A stretch of 64,000 bases of DNA from Bdellovibrionales bacterium (GCA_965206675.1 CBDBKL010000008.1:103208-167207); one strand, 5' to 3'; positions 54,053-63,248 are shown, counted from the first letter of the stretch. Notes: generated from the letters alone by a model not told the origin. Made by a program: numbers and translations.

Positions 54053-54967
54053 TTAGGAGTATGACAGATAAATGCCCTTAATCACATTAACCCAAATCAA
54101 CGTAGCCAGAGCCAAATGCATCACTGTAATAACAGGAGGGATTTGAAGTAACACATTCATTACTCCCACAACGATTTGAAGAAATACTAATACAACTAAC
54201 ATACCCGTAACATTAAACAGTTTCTTTGATACCCACTCTTCATTTTTATGTCGAGATACAACAAGATAAACTGAACTAAGAGTAATCACAGTTAAATAAG
54301 CTCCCAGTCTATGTAAAACCTGTAGTCCCACATTTCCTTTCAAAGTGGGGATTAACTCTCCATTACAAAAAGGAAAGTCAGCACAAGCTAAACCTGCATA
54401 GTTAGAAGATACTAGTCCTCCCAATATAATTTGTCCCAAAACAACAATTAATGAAAAAATAAAAAGATGAAAGATCTGCCTTGGGACTTTTATTTTATCC
54501 ACTCCAGAAGAATCTTGAATCAACAACTTTACCCAAAATAATAATCCTAAGAAAACCAAACCAAAAACAAGGTGGGTTGTTACGACTCCAAAATGAAGAA
54601 GTTTTAAAACCGTTAACCCACCTAAAACAATTTGAGCTACAAGAACACATAAGGCTAAAAGAAAAGTCCATTTTATTGCAAGAATGCGCTGAGGAGAAAA
54701 AGAATTTTCTTGAAAAATTCTAGAACCTTTCAATAAATTGCAACCCAAAATCACAAACAAAATACTAATTACGCCTGCGAAAACTCTATGCGTCCATTCA
54801 AAATAAACTTGTATTTGAAATTCAGGAATGAGTTTTCCAAAACACAGAGGCCAATCCGGACAAGCTAACCCCGCATTCATAGCCCGAACCGCTCCACCAA
54901 GAGCTATTAAGATAAATGTCCCTAACATTAAACTCGTCAATAAATAAGATATTCCCCTTTTACCCAT
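54053..54967 (-). CDS. ctaA: heme A synthase (COX15/CtaA family)
   Basis: 304 aa, 8 TM, with conserved His-containing helices (EWTHRVFAG, LQVLHRLGA). It is the last gene of the oxidase operon. Confidence 0.8.
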   Translation of the reverse strand: MGKRGISYLLTSLMLGTFILIALGGAVRAMNAGLACPDWPLCFGKLIPEFQIQVYFEWTHRVFAGVISILFVILGCNLLKGSRIFQENSFSPQRILAIKWTFLLALCVLVAQIVLGGLTVLKLLHFGVVTTHLVFGLVFLGLLFWVKLLIQDSSGVDKIKVPRQIFHLFIFSLIVVLGQIILGGLVSSNYAGLACADFPFCNGELIPTLKGNVGLQVLHRLGAYLTVITLSSVYLVVSRHKNEEWVSKKLFNVTGMLVVLVFLQIVVGVMNVLLQIPPVITVMHLALATLIWVNVIKGIYLSYS

Positions 54968-55859
54968 AGTAATAAACTCCCCAAATGTATGGAGTCCATT
55001 TTTCTATAAGAGGAACACAGAGGTAAATAAGCATACTCAGATTCACCCATAAGAAAAAAGGGAGCCAATTTTTTTCAGCCCTATGTTTGGAATAACAATA
55101 AAACTCCCACACCACTTTTAAAGAAAAGGGAATAACAAGAAGCAAATATAATATCCCCGTTTCAACAAACCAAGGGGATGTCATAGCCAGAGTCACATAG
55201 GATAAAACATAAAACCCCATATGAAAGAGTGTTTTATCAATCCCAAAAATACGCGGTAAAACAGGTATATCTCCTTGAGCATAATCTTTTTGATACCTTA
55301 TGGCTAACGACCAAAAATGCGGCATTTGCCATAAGAACATAATTAAAAAAACATAGAGAGCTTCAAGGGTAAAAATATCAGAATTGATAGCCGCATATCC
55401 AATCACGACCGGCATAGCCCCAGGCAAAGCACCCGGTATGGCTCCAAAAGCCATCCGCTTCTTCCAATACAAGGTATAAAAGCCATTATAAAAAATAAGA
55501 GTTCCCAGCGATAACCAAAAGGCAAATTCAGAAGTAAAAAGAAGACCAATAGATCCCATAATAAGAAGTAGTCCTGCTATGATAAAGGCTGTTTGAGGTT
55601 TTATTTTTCCTTGAGGAATAGGGCGAAACTTTGTTCTATCCATTTGACTATCCAGCTTCCACTCTTGAGCTTGGTTTAAAGCGAAGCTGCCAGCCGTAAA
55701 CAATATAAAACTCATTTGAAATAAAATAAAATGAGCCACATTAAGAGAAATTTCTATACGGTAACCCAGTCCATAGCCAATAAAACTACTTAAAGCTACA
55801 AATACAAGTATCCCCGGTTTAAAAAGTTCTAATTTCGAAGAGCGACGTTTTCTGGATAT
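54960..55859 (-). CDS. ctaB: protoheme IX farnesyltransferase (heme O synthase)
   Basis: UbiA-family blocks ALNQAQEWKLDSQMDRTKFRPIPQGKI are present. The conserved N-terminal helix LELFKPGILVFVALSSFIGYGLG lies in frame upstream of the first canonical start (GTG 55739). An ATA at 55859 sits 6 nt after a perfect AGGAGG. The resulting 299 aa is the normal length. Confidence 0.75.
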   Translation of the reverse strand: MSRKRRSSKLELFKPGILVFVALSSFIGYGLGYRIEISLNVAHFILFQMSFILFTAGSFALNQAQEWKLDSQMDRTKFRPIPQGKIKPQTAFIIAGLLLIMGSIGLLFTSEFAFWLSLGTLIFYNGFYTLYWKKRMAFGAIPGALPGAMPVVIGYAAINSDIFTLEALYVFLIMFLWQMPHFWSLAIRYQKDYAQGDIPVLPRIFGIDKTLFHMGFYVLSYVTLAMTSPWFVETGILYLLLVIPFSLKVVWEFYCYSKHRAEKNWLPFFLWVNLSMLIYLCVPLIEKWTPYIWGVYYYG

Positions 55860-55884
55860 GCCCCACCTCCTAAACTATTCCTTA

Positions 55885-56208
55885 CTATTCATTTTGAGAG
55901 CCATAGTTGAGATCATAAAAATCAGTACGCGTAAAAAGATCTGCAGCCGTTAACCCAAAGAATATAAGTAGAAATACAAACCCCGATACAAATATCAATC
56001 TATTTAAATGACCCTCATGATTCTGGTGCATAAACCACCAAACAACAAGTGAAGCCTTTCCTGTTGCAATCAACATTGCAATAAAAGTATTCAAATGACC
56101 AACATCAAATTGAGGAAGAGAAGCCACAACAGTAACAACTGTCAACGCAATTAACGCTCCGAAGACTTTATAATATGTCACTCTCGGTGTTATATGATGC
56201 TTATCCAT
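55885..56208 (-). CDS. cytochrome c oxidase subunit IV (bacterial CoxD/CtaF-like)
   Basis: 107 aa with 3 TM, in the position expected between subunit III and ctaB. Confidence 0.7.
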   Translation of the reverse strand: MDKHHITPRVTYYKVFGALIALTVVTVVASLPQFDVGHLNTFIAMLIATGKASLVVWWFMHQNHEGHLNRLIFVSGFVFLLIFFGLTAADLFTRTDFYDLNYGSQNE

Positions 56209-56218
56209 ACCTTACTCC

Positions 56219-56881
56219 TTAAGTCACTAAATACATCAGTGGAAATAAATAAATCCAAATCAAATCCACAAGGTGCCAATACAATCCCACACCCTCGACC
56301 GCCGTATATTTATGGGGTGTAAAGTCACCGCGCTTGTTTCTAAGAATAAGCCAATAAATCAGTCCCATGCCCACAAGAACATGCAGACCATGAAGACCTG
56401 TCATTACGAAGTAAAGACCATAAAACATGGCAACGTTCTTTGGAATACCTTCAGTCAGTAACTCAGAATTAAAAAAGTTATTGGGTAGTGTCCCCACATG
56501 AATTTTATGTTGATATTCAAAATATTTGACGACCATAAAACCACAGGCACAGAGAAGAGTTAACCAAAGATTAATTTGAGCTTTTCGACGTTCACCATTT
56601 TGCAAATAATTAATGGAAAGAGCCATTGTTAAAGAACTCGTCAATAAAACAACAGTATTAAATCCCCCCAGCCACTTATTTAAAGAGCGAGATCCCTCTA
56701 AGAAAATATCCGGATAGAGATTTTTAAATATGGCATAGGCCACAAATAGCCCACCAAACATTAAAATCTCAGTAGCTAAGAAAAGCCAAACCCCTTCTTT
56801 AGAAGTTTTATACTCATGCTCTGCACTTTCAAAATGGCTGGCATAAGCTGTTCCATTAGAATCTGTATTAACGGTAGTCAT
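56219..56881 (-). CDS. coxC: cytochrome c oxidase subunit III
   Basis: 220 aa, multi-TM, with blocks typical of subunit III ([34 protein letters not shown]). Confidence 0.9.
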   Translation of the reverse strand: MTTVNTDSNGTAYASHFESAEHEYKTSKEGVWLFLATEILMFGGLFVAYAIFKNLYPDIFLEGSRSLNKWLGGFNTVVLLTSSLTMALSINYLQNGERRKAQINLWLTLLCACGFMVVKYFEYQHKIHVGTLPNNFFNSELLTEGIPKNVAMFYGLYFVMTGLHGLHVLVGMGLIYWLILRNKRGDFTPHKYTAVEGVGLYWHLVDLIWIYLFPLMYLVT

Positions 56882-58457
56882 AAGGATCCACCTTTATATT
56901 TGGTATTGTTTCAAAATTTGTATGGATAGGAGGAGAGGATATCATCCATTCCATTGAGCGTGCTCCCCAAGGGTTATCACTGGCTTTCCGGCCTTTTAAC
57001 ATACCATGAACAACTGCATATAAAGCAACAAGAAAACCTACCCCAATTAACCATGAACCCATTGTGGAAATTTTATTTAAAAGCTCAAATTCCGGAACAT
57101 AGTCATGATATCTTCGTGGCATACCTAGATTCCCTAAGATAAACTGAGGGAAAAACGTAACATTAAAACCAACAAAAACGAAAAGCCAAGAAACCTTAGA
57201 GAGAAAGTCATTGTGCATTTTTCCAAACATTTTCGGAAACCAATAAAACAATCCTCCCATTAATGCCATAAGTGTACCGCCCACCATCACATAGTGAAAA
57301 TGGGCTACAACAAAGTATGTATCATGGAGATGCACATCTGTTGCAAGCGTTGCCAGAAAAATACCCGTAACTCCACCAATAGTAAAAATAAACATAAAGC
57401 CAATAGCCCAGAGCATAGGAGAGTCTAACTGAATACTCCCCTTGTACATTGTGGCCACCCAGTTGAAAAGTTTAATCGCCGTTGGGACCCCAACCAGCAT
57501 AGTGATAACAGAGAAAAGCATACCTGCAAAGTCAGACTGCCCTGAAACAAACATGTGATGTCCCCAAACAACGAAACTCACAGCCGCAATGGCCACAGAA
57601 GAATAGGCAATGGCTTTATACCCGAAAATTGTTTTTCTAGAAAATGCAGCAATTAATTCACTAATAACTCCCATCGCAGGTAACACCATAATATAAACGG
57701 CTGGGTGAGAGTAAAACCAAAAGAAGTGTTGAAAAAGAACAGGATCTCCACCCAACTCTGGCGTAAAGAATCCTACACCCAAAACTTTTTCAGCCACCAA
57801 CAAGAGAAGCGTGATGGCCAAAACAGGGGTTGCAAGCACCTGAATAATAGCTGTGGAATAAAGCCCCCATACAAAAAGAGGCATTTTCATCATGGTCATT
57901 CCTGGGGCTCTTAATTTATGAACTGTAGCGATAAAATTTAACCCTGTAAGAATAGAAGAAAAACCCAATATAAATGCCCCCAGCACCATATTGATAACCC
58001 CCCAACTGGTACCAACACTGTAAGGGGTATAAAACGTCCATCCCGTATCGACTCCTCCAAACAAAACGGCTGATGCCGCCACAACACATCCCAAAATATA
58101 TATATAGTAACTGAGTAAATTTAATCTTGGAAAAGCGACATCCTTAGCTCCAATCATAATGGGAAGAAAGAAGTTTCCAAGAAATGCTGGAATACCAGGA
58201 ATAATAACCATAAAGACCATTATGGCACCATGAAGGGTCATCATTTGATTATATTGATCTTGATTTAACGAAAACACTCCCCCTTCCACTGTTCCCGGTG
58301 CAAACAGTTCCATTCGCAACAGAAGTGCAGCCATCCCTCCGACAAAAAAGAAGAAAAAGATAGAAAAGAAATACATAAGTGCAATACGTTTATGATCTAG
58401 CGTCGTTAGCCAAGACCAAATCCCTTTTTCATGTTTAATATAATCTACGTGAGACAT
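56868..58457 (-). CDS. coxA: cytochrome c oxidase subunit I
   Basis: 529 aa with [21 protein letters not shown] and VAHFHYV. Confidence 0.95.
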   Translation of the reverse strand: MSHVDYIKHEKGIWSWLTTLDHKRIALMYFFSIFFFFFVGGMAALLLRMELFAPGTVEGGVFSLNQDQYNQMMTLHGAIMVFMVIIPGIPAFLGNFFLPIMIGAKDVAFPRLNLLSYYIYILGCVVAASAVLFGGVDTGWTFYTPYSVGTSWGVINMVLGAFILGFSSILTGLNFIATVHKLRAPGMTMMKMPLFVWGLYSTAIIQVLATPVLAITLLLLVAEKVLGVGFFTPELGGDPVLFQHFFWFYSHPAVYIMVLPAMGVISELIAAFSRKTIFGYKAIAYSSVAIAAVSFVVWGHHMFVSGQSDFAGMLFSVITMLVGVPTAIKLFNWVATMYKGSIQLDSPMLWAIGFMFIFTIGGVTGIFLATLATDVHLHDTYFVVAHFHYVMVGGTLMALMGGLFYWFPKMFGKMHNDFLSKVSWLFVFVGFNVTFFPQFILGNLGMPRRYHDYVPEFELLNKISTMGSWLIGVGFLVALYAVVHGMLKGRKASDNPWGARSMEWMISSPPIHTNFETIPNIKVDPYDYR

Positions 58458-58470
58458 AAATTTACCACTC

Positions 58471-59394
58471 CTATTTTATCGTCTTCATATATTCAATAAT
58501 TTGTTGAATTTGAATATCAGTTATACGCCCTTGATAGGGAGGCATTGAAGGCGGATAACCTTTAACAATTTCCTTTAATGGGTTTAAAATAGATTCTTTA
58601 ATATAGGCTTCATCAACCACTACAGTTTTTCCACTCTCTAAATTTTGCGTTCTACCCCAAAGTCCTTTAAATGATGGCCCCAAAACTTTAGAGCCATCTA
58701 ATGAATGACATGTAAAACAAACTTGAGTTTTATAGAGTTTTTCACCTTTTTGTACATCTGTTAAGTTGGTCACATTAGACTCTTCTTCAAGCCATTCTTC
58801 ATATTCATCTTCTTCTAACACATGAACCTTCCCTATCATTGTAGAATGCTGAGTTCCACAATACTCCGTACAGAAAATATGAAACTCCCCTGTTTGCGTT
58901 GCTTCAAACCACAAACGAGATCTTTTTCCCGGCACAGCATCTTGCTTGACCCGAAAGCTGGGTATGTAAAAAGAATGGAGTACATCATCAGAGGTTAAAT
59001 TGATAACGACAGCTTTATTGACAGGGACATAAAGCTCATTCACCAAAGAGAAACCCTCTTTATAATTAATTTGCCAAGCCCATTTTTTCCCGACAACTTC
59101 TATTTGCAGTGCATCTGTTGGGAAAGTTCTTTGCACTTTATAAACTTTCCAGCCCACATAAAAAATAATCATAAATAAAACAAAGGGGATAAAACTCCAA
59201 AGAAACTCAGCAAAATAATTGTGAGTAATGTGTGGTGTTTTATCCTGGTCTGTACGACGACGATATTTGATAATAAAATACGTCATCCCCCCCATAAGCA
59301 GAAGGAAAGAGAGCACAGAACATGCAAGTATAAAGTAATAGACAGCATCCACTGATCCCGCAACTGTCGATGCCTTGACGGGCATTAAATCCAT
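58471..59394 (-). CDS. coxB: cytochrome c oxidase subunit II with fused cytochrome c domain (caa3 type)
   Basis: 307 aa with CuA site [12 protein letters not shown] and a C-terminal haem c motif CFTCHS. Confidence 0.9.
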   Translation of the reverse strand: MDLMPVKASTVAGSVDAVYYFILACSVLSFLLLMGGMTYFIIKYRRRTDQDKTPHITHNYFAEFLWSFIPFVLFMIIFYVGWKVYKVQRTFPTDALQIEVVGKKWAWQINYKEGFSLVNELYVPVNKAVVINLTSDDVLHSFYIPSFRVKQDAVPGKRSRLWFEATQTGEFHIFCTEYCGTQHSTMIGKVHVLEEDEYEEWLEEESNVTNLTDVQKGEKLYKTQVCFTCHSLDGSKVLGPSFKGLWGRTQNLESGKTVVVDEAYIKESILNPLKEIVKGYPPSMPPYQGRITDIQIQQIIEYMKTIK

Positions 59395-59428
59395 ATTCTC
59401 TCCTGTTGTCTCTTCACAATCTCAAACT

Positions 59429-60277
59429 TCACGCTTTGTCTCCCCGATTCCCCTGCAATTTCTCTCGACGTTGTTTCATCCAAAAGGGAACAAGAAAAAA
59501 AGCCATTGCCAAAGCCATCAACCCCATACTGGCTCTCATGATATTGTACGCATAAAAAGCATAAGTTTTTCTTTCAGGATCATATTGAAAACAATAGAGT
59601 ATCAATCGATCAATGACATCACCTAGTTTTCCCTGTGCTGCTTCCAATAGGCCAATCGTTAATTTTTTTTGATCAAATTCAATCCCATAGAGATATCTCG
59701 AAATCACACCTTCTGGCGTTAGCATGATCACGGCTGAAGAATGCGCCCATTGTTTGGTCTCTTTGTCCCAACGGTATTTAAAACCCACAGCCTCTGCTAA
59801 AGTAGAAATCTGTTCTTGAGATCCTGTTAAAAAATGCCAACCCCCTTCAGCTCCTTCACGATTGTAAACTTTTAAATAATTTTTCTTTTTGGCTTCAGCC
59901 AAAGAAGAAGTTTCCTTGGGGTCAATACTAACAACAACCATTTCAAACTCTTGACCTAATGTCCACTTGACGGACTTTAAACCTTCCGTCACTCCATTGA
60001 GGTGGAAATTACATAAATGAGGACAACTATAATAAACTAAAGAAAGCATTATAGGTTTATCCCCATTTATATATTTCCCTAGGGTGACTTCTTCTCCCTT
60101 GTCATTTTTAAATTTTAAACTTGGATCTAATTTTCTACCAAGATGCTCCGTAATACCTACAGTTGCTAACTCCGGAGGCACATCAGAGGCTGCCAATCCA
60201 TTCGGCCTCCATGGGCGACTATTACTCATCACAGGAAGTGCGAAACAAAAAATAAAAAGAACAGAAAAAAACTTCAT
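59429..60277 (-). CDS. SCO1/SenC-family copper chaperone with C-terminal membrane extension
   Basis: The Met at 60277 opens a signal/anchor sequence and forms an ATGA overlap with the upstream stop. A thioredoxin-fold CPHLC motif is present. An extra C-terminal TM segment reads MGLMALAMAFFLVPFW. Confidence 0.8.
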   Translation of the reverse strand: MKFFSVLFIFCFALPVMSNSRPWRPNGLAASDVPPELATVGITEHLGRKLDPSLKFKNDKGEEVTLGKYINGDKPIMLSLVYYSCPHLCNFHLNGVTEGLKSVKWTLGQEFEMVVVSIDPKETSSLAEAKKKNYLKVYNREGAEGGWHFLTGSQEQISTLAEAVGFKYRWDKETKQWAHSSAVIMLTPEGVISRYLYGIEFDQKKLTIGLLEAAQGKLGDVIDRLILYCFQYDPERKTYAFYAYNIMRASMGLMALAMAFFLVPFWMKQRREKLQGNRGDKA

Positions 60278-60738
60278 TGCCCCTCTACAAATTTCATCCA
60301 TGTATCTTTAGGTTCTGCTGGCGGCGAAGCCATTTGAGAACGCAAATAACTAATAATAGAAAGTTTTATACTCTTTGGTAAATGCGAAAAATTATGTTCA
60401 CCATTTATTCCATCTTGTAGAGATGCATACAAACTCTGACTTGTTCTTCCTTCAGAGATTCGAGAAAGAATATCATCTTTTCCAGAGGACGAATGACAAA
60501 AAACACAATGTACCTGATACAGCTTTTCCCCTTGTTGTGTTTGTGAGAGCCAAACCTGTACACGCTTCTCAGCTTCACTTGTTTTAAACTGAGGAATCAC
60601 ATATGAAAGTTGTTTATCAAGAGCCCCTGGATTGAGAAGAATAACAATTCCAAAAAACAATAAGGTGAAAAGAAAAGCTCCTCCAAAAAAAAACATTCCA
60701 GTAAATTTACCTGACGACATAACCCTTATCCTGCTCAA
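60274..60738 (-). CDS. membrane-anchored mono-haem cytochrome c
   Basis: 154 aa with an N-terminal TM and the CVFCHS haem-binding motif. It is the first gene of the oxidase operon. Confidence 0.75.
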   Translation of the reverse strand: MSRIRVMSSGKFTGMFFFGGAFLFTLLFFGIVILLNPGALDKQLSYVIPQFKTSEAEKRVQVWLSQTQQGEKLYQVHCVFCHSSSGKDDILSRISEGRTSQSLYASLQDGINGEHNFSHLPKSIKLSIISYLRSQMASPPAEPKDTWMKFVEGQ

Positions 60739-60865
60739 TTATGCGAAATGTTAAACTCACGTTTTATCCCTTTCTGGAAACATTTCAAGAGAGTTTGCGT
60801 TGCAATAAAGTACACCCCGAGGGAGAAGACTTCACTCTGTTACAGAGTCTTCATTTATTTTTTTA

Positions 60866-61014
60866 TTAAGAGCCTATCCACTATAAACGGCTGCGACTGC
60901 ACCCGGCTTTGTTTTTAAGCAAAAAACGCCCTCAATGGCCCTAAGCACGCCCCTTGGCATTTTTTATCCCTGCCGAACCAAGTTTTCATCACAAAGTTTG
61001 GATAGGCTTCTAAG
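60866..61014. repeat. family A palindromic element, short copy (about 149 nt)
   Basis: The termini are TTAAGAGCCTATCCA / TGGATAGGCTTCTAAG. The core GGCTTTGTTTTTAAGCAAAAAACGCC...GGCATTTTTTAT aligns with 37480..37666. Confidence 0.8.
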
Positions 61015-61096
61015 CCTTTATCAAAAAAGCCCACACACATTGCAACGCACAACTTAAATCTTGATTCTACCCAGTAAGAATAGATAGAGTGCCATT

Positions 61097-61192
61097 GGTC
61101 GGGTCCCATACAATAGAGCTTTTTGTGAATCCCGTCAGATCTGGAAAGAAGCAGCGGTAACTTGAGATCTATGTGATATGGGGTGCCTGACC
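61097..61192 (+). ncRNA. ffs: signal recognition particle RNA (small 4.5S type)
   Basis: GTCAGATCTGGAAAGAAGCAGCGG matches the domain IV consensus of E. coli 4.5S RNA (GUCAGGUCCGGAAGGAAGCAGCC), including the GGAA tetraloop and AGCA loop. The terminal helix is GGTCGGGTCCC / GGGGTGCCTGACC. Its position just upstream of dnaX matches Bacillus. The ends are approximate. Confidence 0.75.
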
Positions 61193-61223
61193 ATTAACCA
61201 TCTTTCTGAAAGGATAAAAGACT

Positions 61224-62996
61224 CTGACCTATCAAGTTATTGCTCGCAAATGGCGGCCAAAAAATTTCAATGAAGTTGTGGGACAGGGCCATGTTTCACA
61301 GACATTACAAAATGCATTGAAAAACGGACGCCTCCCCCATGCGCTTTTATTCAGTGGCCCCCGCGGTGTTGGAAAAACATCTTCGGCTCGTATATTAGCA
61401 AAGAGTTTACGCTGCTCTCGCGCAAAGACCTTTGTTCCCTGTAACAAATGTACCACTTGTGAAGACATTGCAATGGGAAGTCACATAGACGTGATAGAAA
61501 TTGATGGAGCCAGCAACAATGGAGTTGATGCGATCAGAGAACTCCGAGAGACAGTTGGATATATGCCCTCTTCTGGAAAATACAAAATTTATATTATAGA
61601 TGAAGTGCACATGCTTTCGACAAGTGCCTTTAACGCCTTGTTAAAAACTCTAGAGGAGCCCCCTGAACATGTTGTTTTTATATTTGCAACGACAGAGCCA
61701 CAAAAAATTCCCCCCACGGTCCTCTCTCGCTGCCAACGCTTTGATTTTCGAAGAATCTCCACTCGAGATATCGTGAGTCACCTATTAAAAATCTGCAAAC
61801 AAGAAAGTGTAAAGACTCAAGAGGAAGCTCTATGGATGATTGCTCGGCAATCAGATGGAGCCATGAGAGATAGTCAAAGTCTCTTAGATCAAGCCATTAC
61901 ATTTTCAAATGGCACACTCACACCTGAAAAATTGTCAGATATCTTTGGCCTCACCCACCGCCAACTTTTAATGGACACTCTAAAAGCTTTTACAGAACGG
62001 AACGAAACATTAGCTCTTAAGACCATAGAAGATCTTTTCAAAGCGGGCCACAGTGCCAATCAATTTATCCAAGATCTTCTGGAAGAACTCAGGCACTTAT
62101 TGATGGTCAAATTAGAACCTAAAGCTCTCTCTCATCTCGTTGATCTCCCAGATAGTGAAATTGCCTTTTTACAAAGTATTTCAGAACATCTCACCTCAGA
62201 GGATATTCAAGCTCTTTTTGATATGGGTCTTAAGGGTGCAAATGATATTTTAAGGGCTTCAAATCCACATATAGTTTTAGAAATGTTAATTATTCGTATG
62301 ACACGAGCACCTCGTATTATTGAAATTGAAAGTCTTCTAAAAAAAAAAGAAATAACAAATAATTCCCTCTCCCCTGAAAACAAAGTTAGATCTTTTAATG
62401 GGAATTCCCATTCCCTGAAGACATCAAATGACACGCTTACTTCGACACCTCCCAAAAATACAAAAACCCCATCTGTCGATGACACCTCTAAAAACCCTAT
62501 ACGGCTCAATAAATCCAAATCAAAGACAACGGAAAGCAACAAAAAGTTAAATAAGACCAAAACGAAACTATTAAACAGAGAAACAAATTACGCAGTAGAA
62601 AGAAATCTTCAATATAATTGGGAACAATTTATTCAAACGATAAAAAAACATAATGTATCTATGGGTGCGAAGTTAGAACATGCGGCCCTTATATCTATAG
62701 ATAAAGGAAAGGCCATCATACAGATTAGCTCTTCTGACAAATTCCTTTATGAGCAAATCAAAGAAAACAAATTCCTAAAAGAACTCGGGTCTCTATTTCA
62801 ATCTGTATGGGGTTTGGAGTTAGAACCCACCATTGCTCTCACAGACAAACCCTCAGAGCTGAGCCCAAGGAAAAGATTAGAGGAATTAAATAAACATAAG
62901 ATAGACAATCTTAAGATTGAGGTTGAAAATCATCCTATGGTAAAAAAACTAAAGGATACTTTTAAGGGGGACATTCACATAGAGGATTGTGATTAA
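61224..62996 (+). CDS. dnaX: DNA polymerase III subunit tau (and possibly gamma)
   Basis: Walker A GPRGVGKTS, zinc module CNKCTTCEDI, IIDEVHMLS and VLSRCQRF are present. The conserved N-terminus TYQVIARKWRPKNFNEVVGQ lies in frame upstream of the first canonical start (GTG 61278). Only a CTG at 61224 (GAAAGGA 9 nt upstream) can include it. Confidence 0.85.
   Translation: MTYQVIARKWRPKNFNEVVGQGHVSQTLQNALKNGRLPHALLFSGPRGVGKTSSARILAKSLRCSRAKTFVPCNKCTTCEDIAMGSHIDVIEIDGASNNGVDAIRELRETVGYMPSSGKYKIYIIDEVHMLSTSAFNALLKTLEEPPEHVVFIFATTEPQKIPPTVLSRCQRFDFRRISTRDIVSHLLKICKQESVKTQEEALWMIARQSDGAMRDSQSLLDQAITFSNGTLTPEKLSDIFGLTHRQLLMDTLKAFTERNETLALKTIEDLFKAGHSANQFIQDLLEELRHLLMVKLEPKALSHLVDLPDSEIAFLQSISEHLTSEDIQALFDMGLKGANDILRASNPHIVLEMLIIRMTRAPRIIEIESLLKKKEITNNSLSPENKVRSFNGNSHSLKTSNDTLTSTPPKNTKTPSVDDTSKNPIRLNKSKSKTTESNKKLNKTKTKLLNRETNYAVERNLQYNWEQFIQTIKKHNVSMGAKLEHAALISIDKGKAIIQISSSDKFLYEQIKENKFLKELGSLFQSVWGLELEPTIALTDKPSELSPRKRLEELNKHKIDNLKIEVENHPMVKKLKDTFKGDIHIEDCD
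62339..62348 (+). promoter_or_regulatory. A10 tract, candidate frameshift / transcriptional-slippage site in dnaX
   Basis: The sequence is CTA AAA AAA AAA GAA in frame. The -1 frame stops after 4 codons (62360..62362) and the +1 frame after 1 codon (62353..62355). The tract sits after about residue 375 of 590. Confidence 0.35.
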
Positions 62997-63062
62997 GAGA
63001 GAGGGGGCTAAAGAAAATTCCCCACTCAGCGATAAAAAAGAAAGTTAAACGAAAAACTAGGA

Positions 63063-63115
63063 GGGCTTTTGAAAAAGTGTTTGAGTGATTGCAACGAAGT
63101 AGATGACACTTTCGC
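63063..63115 (+). repeat. family B element, centre-deleted copy B5
   Basis: GGGCTTTTGAAAAAGTG is joined directly to TTTGAGTGATTGCAACGAAGTAGATGACAC, that is, the left terminus plus the right arm. Confidence 0.7.
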
Positions 63116-63122
63116 ATTAGGA

Positions 63123-63248
63123 GGACTGTCGAAAAGGTGTCAGATACGAGGCGTTCAAGCTCAAACCGAACGGAGGCGTAGTTTTTCCTACGTCGGAGTG
63201 AAGGTTTGAGTGATTGCAACGAAGTAGATGACACCTTTTCGACAGTCC
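63123..63248 (+). repeat. family B palindromic element, copy B6 (126 nt)
   Basis: It has a perfect 19-bp closing stem GGACTGTCGAAAAGGTGTC / GACACCTTTTCGACAGTCC. It lies inside the dnaX-ybaB spacer and ends 23 nt before the ybaB ATG. Confidence 0.9.

Noticed and set aside
54960-55877. Suspected frameshift or pseudogene in ctaB, because the ORF track starts it at 55739, well inside the conserved protein.
   Set aside because: Codon-by-codon reading shows the conserved N-terminal helix is in the same frame, with no stop back to 55875..55877. The problem is only the lack of a canonical start codon (see the ATA-start finding).
60915-61109. 64-aa minus-strand ORF.
   Set aside because: It spans repeat A2 and the 5' end of the SRP RNA, and it has no coding signal.
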